Assembly: GCA_950097015.1 (NCBI GenBank)
Contig: CATNEN010000033.1
Coordinates: 2,108,001-2,172,000 of the forward strand
Direction: 5' to 3'
Length of the DNA: 64,000 bases
DNA from: Macrostomum hystrix
Taxonomy: Eukaryota; Animalia; Platyhelminthes
Shown: positions 1 to 9,800 of the stretch, in pieces
Numbering within the stretch: the stretch's first letter is position 1
Layout: each line of letters begins with the position of its first letter
The notes under the pieces: generated by a model
Database searches by the model: none
Seen by the model: the letters and a program-made list of their open reading frames with translations, nothing else
What the model was told of the DNA's origin: nothing
Translations under genes and position numbers: made by a program

Positions 1-825
1 TGCGGTTAAAAATCTATACATACAATATATTCTAAATATTTTATATATTTTAAGAAAATACTTTACTAAAACAAATCTTAAAACCATATATATAGGAGAG
101 ATTGTTGCGAAAAATACACCTTGCCAGTGCGCCAAAGATAAGGCAATATGTGAGAGTCATCTTTGAATAAAGTGAAGTTGTTGTGTTATTCAATATAATA
201 AGGAGGTAGTGCCCAATGTGGAAATAAGCAGAGATTGAGGCTGTGACCCTCTAATCCCAGAGAAATACACAGCAAAGACTGGAGAACAAGAGACCAGTGC
301 ATTTGAAGGATAAACCACACGTGCAAAGCGCTACCTTAAGTGAAACCCTTTTCAGGGTCACCGGGAAAAGCATAAGGGAGAATATGAAGAGTTAGAGAGA
401 GAAAGAAGGAATAATAGAGGCCAGAAGAATACACTACCAAGATAGAGGAAAATTAAAGCTATAAGCCCTGTTAGAATAATTTATGAAAAAATTCTAGATA
501 ATTATGGTTTTGTACACAGAATGTTGTAAACTAGCAATATATTTTATTTTTCCTTTGCTTTTCTTTCATTTCTCTTTTTTCTGTATAGTTTTAATAAATA
601 TATTCTTAATTCTCTAGATTGTAATATATAAAGGTTCGTTTCAGTTACATTTTGCTACATTGTTATTACAAATAAAAAGACAATATATTTCATGTACAAT
701 TGAATATGATTTTTTAGTATTTAGCATTTTTCTAAATATATGTACCACATATTTCAGTTTCAGAGCTATGTCTGCAGTAAATTATATAAGCGTGACTTCA
801 ACAAAACACCTATTCTTGGCTTGAT

Positions 826-3800
826 ATGTAAGTTTAATCAGAATATTCCGTTTTCGAAGTCGTAAATAAAAAACCGATGTGCAGGGAAAGTGCGCGCGTA
901 CTACTACTTTTATTTAGTTTTCAGTAGTATCATTTTAATTTCAGGGACGCTACGCCGCCCAGTAGTTGCAGCTCAGTTGGTTATCGTAGTCTAACAGCCG
1001 CCTCCGCTGATGTTGCCGATAACTGTTTGTCCTCGGCTTCGCCTGGTGCCGTCACTAACGTGAGTCTGTTGCATTGTATCCGTTAAGCTGCCAATTATCC
1101 GCCGGTCACCCTGTGAGTTGTCACTAATCCGCCAATCACTCAGTGAGTTGTCACTAATCCGCCAATCAATCAGTGAGTTGTCACTAATCCGCCAAACACT
1201 CAGTGAGTTGTCACTAATCCGCCAATCACTCAGTGAGTTGTCACTAATCTGCCAATCATTTAGTGAGTTGTCACTAATCCACCCGTCACTCAGTGGGTTG
1301 TCAATATCCGCCAATCACTCAGTGAGTTGTCACTAATCCGCCAATCACTCAGTGAATTGTCACTAATCCGCCAATCACTCAGTGAGTTGTCACTAATCCA
1401 CCCGTCACTCAGTGGGTTGTCAATATCCACCAATCACTCAGTGAGTTGTCACTAATCCGCCAATCACTCAGTGAGTTGTCACTAATCCGCCAATCACTCA
1501 GTGAGTTGTCACTAATCCACCAATCACTCAGTGAGTTGCCACTAATCCGCCAATCACTCAGTGAATTGTCACTAATCCGCCAATCACTCAGTGAATTGTC
1601 ACTAATCCGCCAATCACTCAGTGAGTTGTCACTAATCCACCAATCACTCAGTGAGTTGCCACTAATCCATCAATCACTCAGTGAATTGTCACTAATCCGC
1701 CAATCACTCAGTGAATTGTCACTAATCCATCAATCACTCAGTGAGTTGTCACTAATCCACCAATCACTCAGTGAATTGTCACTAATCCGCCAGTCACTCA
1801 GTGAGTTGTCACTAATCCACCAATCACTCAGTGAGTTGCCACTAATCCGCTAATCTCTCAGTGAGTTGCCACTAATCCGCCAATCTCTCAGTGAGTTGCC
1901 ACTAATCCGCCAATCTCCCTGTGAGTTGTCACTAATCCGCCAATCTCTCAGTGAGTTGCCACTAATCCGCTAATCTCCCTGTGAGTTGCCACTAATCCGC
2001 CAATCTCTCAGTGAGTTGTCACTAATCCGCCAATCTCCCTGTGAGTTGCCAATAATCCACTAATCTCTCAGTGAGTTGCCAATAATCCACTAATCTCTCA
2101 GTGAGTTGCCAATAATCCACTAATCTCTCAGTGAGTTGCCAATAATCCACTAATCTCTCAGTGAGTTGCCAATAATCCACTAATCTCTCAGTGAGTTGCC
2201 AATAATCCACTAATCTCTCAGTGAGTTGCCACTAATCCACTAATCTCTCAGTGAGTTGTCACTAATCCGCTAATCTCTCAGTGAGTTGCCACTAATCAGC
2301 CAATCATTCTAGCACACAACGTACACACAGCTCGCTTCCCCATGCCCAAGCCATCCACCTCACTTTATAAATCCAAGTTTTAAACTTATGTGCTGAAATT
2401 TACGCTGCCGATATAGGAGTTAAGATCAAACTTATCTTAGTCATAGTGAGCAGTCACATGAGACAGTTGGTGGGCTTGTATCAGAAGCAGTTCTGAACTT
2501 TGCTATAGTTGTACCCCAACCTGGGATAAACGGGCCGCTACCCTATTATCTACTGACCCTAGCAGGGCTCTCCCCTTTCAGTAGCCTTTTTTGTTAAAGT
2601 GCAAGTACAAGGGCATGTTGGCTCTGCGTGCCAGTGCTGCAACCAACTCTCAATATTCGTAACATTCTTTGGCCTCCTCCCCTCCACCCGGCTCTGACTC
2701 TCAGAGTCTTTTAACTGTCCTTATCGCTGCTTGCCCAGCTCCAATGACAAGTTTAGGCAGTTTTTTTCTTGCTCTCCGACCTGCGAACGCCCGCCTCGCT
2801 CCATAGTCGGCTTTGTGCCTGTTTTATACGGCGCCTTTCAGTGTAGACTCGCCTCGCCCTAGGCTTTCTCCTGTTGGCTATCCATTATACTATTCATAGT
2901 CATTGTCTACACAATGTCTTCTTCGCGCACCGTGAAGTACGGCTCGCTAGAATCAGCTAACAGAGTGTCCTTCAGCAAGGAGGAAGATGCTGTTGAAGTT
3001 GGCGCAGCTGCTGCTGCTGCTGCTGCCAGGGAGAGCACTTCGCCGTCCAGGGCGTCTTTGTCTAGCGTGAGCCAAGCTGCTTCTGCTTTTTCCCACTGGG
3101 TCTTCTCGCTGCGCTCTCGCCTCTCCTCTCTGCTTTTTTTCGTTCGTGCTTCGACCCTAGAAATTGCACCTAAAGTCTAGGCCAGATGCACAGCCGTAGC
3201 TACCTTGCAGCACTTCTACATACTGTGTACAGCTGTTCAGTCCGTGGACTGGGGATGCCATCGAATCCAATGGAATTTTAGCCCAGCTGATTCTGGTACT
3301 CTTTCTACGGCTGTGTATTGCTCAGGAGTAGCAATTGTCTCACTAGATAGTCTAGCCACAGGAGAAGACAATGTTTGAGAGCTAGTCCAAAAAATGACCA
3401 CTTGTAGATATTTATAGAAAATGTATTCTTATTAATTGAAATTAAAGTATTTTTTATATTTATTTCTTGAATTCTTCAAATTGCTAGGCTAAATTAAAAA
3501 CATAACTATCAACTTGATCAGTTTCCTTCGCTGCAGAGGTTGTAGCCTAGTGGTTAGGGCGTCGGACTCACGACTTGAAGGTCGGGGGTTCGATTCCCGA
3601 CTCCACTGGAATAATTTGCATCCTTTAGCAAGACACTTAACTCTGCATTGCTTCAGTTCACCCAGCTGTTAAATGGGTACCAGCATCAGCTGGGATAATT
3701 GAAGGTGGGTGTGGCGTCCCCCCAGTCCGTGGACTGAACAGCTGTACGCAGCCTTCAGATGCGCCGCGCATTAGCTGCGGCTGTGCTGTCGGCTGCACAT

Positions 3801-6800
3801 CTGACCCAATTGAGGCAGGTGTAATCAATTATTATTATTATTATTATTCGCTGCAACCATAAACAGTGCACCATGACTAAGTAACTATGCGCTTTCTAAA
3901 AATATGCTCATAGCACTGACACTGGAGTTGCCATGCTGATAACTAATGCTTGCTTCAGTGCTTAGCAAACAGGCGCTGAGATTTTTATATCTAAATTCGA
4001 AACACTTTAAGATAGGTGTCTATCTTCTGAGAGAGGTGAGATTTGGTGTCTATCTTCTGAGAGAGGTGAGATTTGGTGTCTATCTTCTGAGAGGTGAGAT
4101 TTGGTGTCTATCTTATGAGAGAGGTGAGATTTGGTGTCTATCTTATGAGAGAGGTGAGATTTGGTGTCTATCTTCTGAGAGAGGTGAGATTTGGTGTCTA
4201 TCTTCTGAGAGAGGGAAGATTTGGTGTCTATCTTCTGAGAGAGGTGAGATTTGGTGTCTATCTTCTGAGAGAGGGAAGATTTGGTGTCTGTCTTATGAGA
4301 GAGGTGAGATTTGGTGTCTATCTTCTGAGAGAGGTGAGATTTGGTGTCTATCTTCTGAGAGAGGGAAGATTTGGTGTCTATCTTCTGAGAGAGGTGAGAT
4401 TTGGTGTCTATCTTCTGAGAGAGGGAAGATTTGGTGTCTGTCTTATGAGAGAGGTGAGATTTGGTGTCTATCTTCTGAGAGAGGTGAGATTTGGTGTCTG
4501 TCTTATGAGAGAGGTGAGATTTGGTGTCTATCTTCTGAGAGAGGGAAGATTTGGTGTCTATCTTCTGAGAGAGGTGAGATTTGGTGTCTATCTTATGAGA
4601 GAGGTGAGATTTGGAGTCTATCTTATGAGAGAGGTGAGATTTGGTGTCTATCTTATGAGAGAGGTGAGATTTGGTGTCTATCTTCTGAGAGAGGGAAGAT
4701 TTGGTGTCTATCTTCTGAGAGAGGTGAGATTTGGTGTCTATCTTCTGAGAGAGGGAAGATTTGGTGTCTATCTTATGAGAGAGGTGAGATTTGGTGTCTA
4801 TCTTCTGAGAGAGGTGAGATTTGGTGTCTATCTTCTGAGAGAGGGAAGATTTGGTGTCTATCTTCTGAGAGAGGTGAGATTTGGTGTCTGTCTTATGAGA
4901 GAGGTGAGATTTGGTGTCTATCTTATGAGAGAGGTGAGATTTGGTGTCTATCTTCTGAGAGAGGGAAGATTTGGTGTCTGTCTTATGAGAGAGGTGAGAT
5001 TTGGTGTCTATCTTCTGAGAGAGGTGAGATTTGGTGTCTGTCTTATGAGAGAGGTGAGATTTGGTGTCTATCTTCTGAGAGAGGGAAGATTTGGTGTCTA
5101 TCTTCTGAGAGAGGGAAGATTTGGTGTCTATCTTCTGAGAGAGGTGAGATTTGGTGTCTGTCTTATGAGAGAGGTGAGATTTAGTGTCTATCTTCTGAGA
5201 GAGGGAAGATTTGGAGTCTATCTTCTGAGAGAGGTGAGATTTGGTGTCTATCTTATGAGAGAGGTGAGATTTGGTGTCTATCTTATGAGAGAGGTGAGAT
5301 TTGGTGTCTATCTTCTGAGAGAGGTGAGATTTGGTGTCTATCTTCTGAGAGAGGTGAGATTTGGTGTCTATCTTCTGAGAGAGGGAAGATTTGGTGTCTA
5401 TCTTCTGAGAGAGGTGAGATTTGGTGTCTATCTTCTGAGAGAGGGAAGATTTGGTGTCTGTCTTATGAGAGAGGTGAGATTTGGTGTCTATCTTCTGAGA
5501 GAGGTGAGATTTGGTGTCTATCTTCTGAGAGAGGGAAGATTTGGTGTCTATCTTCTGAGAGAGGTGAGATTTGGTGTCTATCTTCTGAGAGAGGGAAGAT
5601 TTGGTGTCTGTCTTATGAGAGAGGTGAGATTTGGTGTCTGTCTTATGAGAGAGGTGAGATTTGGTGTCTGTCTTATGAGAGAGGTGAGATTTGGTGTCTA
5701 TCTTCTGAGAGAGGGAAGATTTGGTGTCTATCTTCTGAGAGAGGTGAGATTTGGTGTCTATCTTATGAGAGAGGTGAGATTTGGTGTCTATCTTATGAGA
5801 GAGGTGAGATTTGGTGTCTATCTTATGAGAGAGGTGAGATTTGGTGTCTATCTTCTGAGAGAGGTGAGATTTGGTGTCTATCTTCTGAGAGAGGTGAGAT
5901 TTGGTGTCTATCTTCTGAGAGAGGGAAGATTTGGTGTCTATCTTCTGAGAGAGGGAAGATTTGGTGTCTATCTTATGAGAGAGGTGAGATTTGGTGTCTA
6001 TCTTCTGAGAGAGGGAAGATTTGGTGTCTATCTTCTGAGAGAGGGAAGATTTGGTGTCTATCTTATGAGAGAGGTGAGATTTGGTGTCTATCTTCTGAGA
6101 GAGGGAAGATTTGGTGTCTATCTTATGAGAGAGGTGAGATTTGGTGTCTATCTTATGAGAGAGGTGAGATTTGGTGTCTATCTTATGAGAGAGGTGAGAT
6201 TTGGTGTCTGTCTTATGAGAGAGGGGATATTTAGTGTGGTGGGTTTTTTGGTGGGTCGTGATTTGAGGGATTTATTTTGTAAGATTTTGAGATCTCTATT
6301 GTTCACGGTTGAGGTATTATAATTTAGGACTTTACCGAGCCTGCTGTTAGTCTGAGCTCAGATTTTAAGATCCCCACTGAAGGCCAAGAAACCGTGATCA
6401 CCCTACTCAGGTGAGCCAGTACCTGCGCGAGCAGCTGCCCAAGCAGCTCCCTAGAATCAGGCAGGACAACCGGCCGCTGCTGTCCGACAGTCAGGCCTCT
6501 CTGACTGGCGCCAGTCCGGTTCTGCTGGAGGACCGCGGCGACGACGCCAACAGAGCCGGCGGGCGAGCATTCGGCGGAGGTCGCGACATTTTCGAGAATT
6601 CGGTCGACGCCGCTGACGGCGCCTGCTACAGCCGGGACCTGGGCGCATCGGCTGGCGACCTGGCTACTGGCGTTGATTATCGGGGCAGCAGCTGCAGCGG
6701 CGCCTCCGTGCACTCTGGCCGGTCAAGGACATCCAGCACCAGGGGCTCCATCATCAGCTTCCGCGATGTTGGCTACGATGTGTATGTAAAACGATTCCCG

Positions 6801-9800
6801 TGGAGCGAAGCCGTGCGGAAGATTGTTCTGAAAGATGTCAGGTAAGAATTGGGGCATTGGAACTACAGATCATAGGAATTAGACCAATCCTAAATCAGGA
6901 GGTTGGGGTGGCTGTTGGTTATCAGTTATAGAAAGTATAGAGACGATTAGGATTACTGAAGCTAATTAATCAGTAAAGTTGAATCGTTTAATATTTTAGA
7001 ATCCAATCCGCGTTTTTGAGGAGGATAAAAAATTGCTTTGGCAACCAATCAGCGAGAAGGAAAAGAAAGTCTGGCTATTTAAGCCAACCAATCAGCGAGA
7101 AGGAAAAAAAGTCTGGCTATTTAAGCCAACCAATCAGCGAGAAGTAAAAAAGTCTGGCTAGTTTAGCCAACCAATCAGCGAGAAGGGGGATTAGGAGGTT
7201 CAGTTAGTTCAGGCAACCAATCAGCCTGGAGAATGAGGAGGTTTGGTTAGCTCAGGAAACCAATCAGCGTGTAGGATGAAGAGGTCGGGTTAGGTCAGTC
7301 AACCAATCAGCATGGATGATGAAGAGGTTAGGTTTGTTCAGGCAACCAATCAGCGTGGAGTATGAGGTCGGGTTTGTTCAGGCAACCAATCAGCGTGGAG
7401 GATGACGAGGTGGGGTTAGCTCAGGCAAACAAGCTGGGCATATTTGGCGTGAGCAAGTGTAAATAAAGACTGTGAACTTTCTGCATGCGGATAGGATGCG
7501 GGTAAGAAATGGTAAAACATTAGCTAGATTTATCCATAACTGGCACCGCAGCGGGCTGATGCGGCCGGGACTGAACGCCATCATGGGCCCCACCGGCTGC
7601 GGTAAGACCAGCCTGCTGGACGTGCTAGCCTGTCGCAAGGATCCGCGCCGAGTCACGGGCCAGGTGCTCATCGACGGCCAAGCGCCGCCGGATAATTTCA
7701 AACGCGTGACCGGCTACGTTGTGCAAGATGACATTGTGATGGGCACGCTGACTGTGAGAGAGAATTTGTACTTTTCCGCCGCTGTCCGACTGCCCGGCAA
7801 CTGGACTAAAGAGGAGCGAATGCGAAAGGTGGGCGGCAGGCTGGAATATTCAAGTCTCTTACAACAATGGAACAGTCCCGTATCCAATGTAAACAATACC
7901 CGTTGCCATGGCCTCAGGTTGAAGCCGTGATCGCGGAGCTCGGCCTGGCCAAAGTTGCCGACTCGAAGATCGGCACCGAGCTGATCCGCGGCGTCTCCGG
8001 CGGCGAGCGGAAGCGGACGAACATCGGCATGGAGCTGATCACCGATCCGAGCGTGCTGTTCCTGGACGAGCCAACCACCGGCTTGGACGCCTTCACCGCC
8101 GGCTCCGTGATTCGAACAATGCGCAGCCTGGCAGCCCGAGGTCGCACTATTGTGTTCTCAATTCACCAGCCAAAGTATTCCATCTATCGGCTGTTTAATT
8201 ATCTCACCTTGCTAGTTGGCGGCCAGGTGATCTATCAGGGCAGGGCGGGAAGCGCGCCGCTCAAGTATTTTAAAGAATTGGGTGAGTTTCTTAGAATTCT
8301 TCTAAGTCAGCCTAAAGCTTTTCTGTGGACCAAAGTTTCTTTGATCCCAATCCTGCTTTATCTATTTCGAAATCCTATTTTTATTTATCCCAATCCTACT
8401 TTGTCTTATCACAATCAAACTTCGTCTTAAAGCAATCAAATTTTTATCTGATCCCAATCCTAATTAATCTGATCCCTATCCTAAGTCATTTAATCCCAAT
8501 CCTAATTTTATCTGATCCCAATCCCACTTTAAATAATCCGAATCGTGTGTCATTCATTAAATCCTAATCTCTCTTTGACATAATTCAATTGCTAATTAAT
8601 CTTATCCCAATTTTAATCTTGAAGAAATCCCTGAAATAAACAATCTGCCAACATTGAGATCAGTTATTAGTTTTTTTCACATGCTTTTTGTCAAACTATA
8701 ATTGCATCCATGAAAATTTACTTATCTTTAGGCTACGTGTGCGATCGGCACAATAGTCCGCCGGACTTCTTCATGGACATGGTGCATGGAGAGCTGCCAA
8801 CTGCCACCAGCGCAGCCGCGTCAAGCCGAACGCAGGACCAGATCGAGCTGCCCGAGGATGAAGATGGTGAGGCTTGACCGTATTGCAGCGAGTGTGTGAA
8901 TAGTGGTGGACCTACAAAGATCGGTAAACGGAAGTGGCTGCCCCTGAAGGCATTTTAGGGTGAAATGGCTGTCCCCTGAAGGTCAGGTAAAGTGGGAGTG
9001 GCTTTTCCCTGAAGGTCAGGTACGATGGCAGTGATGGCCGACCCGTTTTTTTAAGCTTACTTCAAAGTACCATGAGTAGTGTACTCAGCTGTTTAGCTTC
9101 TCGTATAAGAATTGTTTCAACTTCTGATCAGTAGAGGGGAAGATTAAGAGTTGAGGTAGAGGGGAAGATTAAGAGTTGAGGTAGAGGGGAAGATTAAGAG
9201 TTAGGGTGGAGGGGAAGATTAGAGTTAGGGTGGAGGGGAAGATTAGAGTTAGGGTGGAGGGGAAGATTAGAGTTAGGGTGGAGGGGAAGATTAGAGTTAG
9301 GGTGGAGGGGAAGATTAGAGTTAGGGTGGAGGGGAAGATTAGAGTTAGGGTGGAGGGGAAGATTAGAGTTAGGGTGGAGGGGAAGATTAGAGTTAGGGTG
9401 GAGGGGAAGATTAGAGTTAGGGTGGAGGGGATGATTAAATTTGAGGTAGAGGGGAAGATTAAAGTTGGGGTAGAGGGGAAGATTGGAGTTGGGGTAGAGG
9501 GGAAGATTAAAGTTGGGGTAGAGGGGAAGATTGGAGTTGGGGTAGAGGGGAAGATTAAAGTTGGGGTAGAGGGGAAGATTAGAGTTGGGGTAGAGGGGAA
9601 GATTAAGATTTGGGTTAGAGGGGAAGATTAAAGTTGGGGTAGAGGGGAAGATTGGAGTTGGGGTAGAGGGGAAGATTAAAGTTGGGGTAGAGGGGAAGAT
9701 TGGAGTTGGGGTAGAGGGGAAGATTAAAGTTGGGGTAGAGGGGAAGATTAGAGTTGGGGTAGAGGGGAAGATTAAGATTTGGGTTAGAGGGGAAGATTAA

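Noticed and set aside
2914-3180. ORF MSSSRTVKYG.. as ABCG first exon
   Set aside because: Phase-compatible, but the 826/945-1059 model has stronger splice sites. It cannot be fully excluded as an alternative exon.
3536-3607. Functional tRNA gene
   Set aside because: Stems pair poorly and the sequence continues into a CORE-like domain, tail and TSD, so it is a SINE head.
3946-6322. Long ORFs of 412 and 742 aa
   Set aside because: Pure translations of the 30-bp array lying inside ABCG intron 2; no domain content.
6328-6410. Possible extra exon (tttag..ctcag|gtgagc) plus a 50-nt intron
   Set aside because: 6411-6460 is GC3-rich and in frame, and ccctactcag fits better as the acceptor; unresolved without cDNA.
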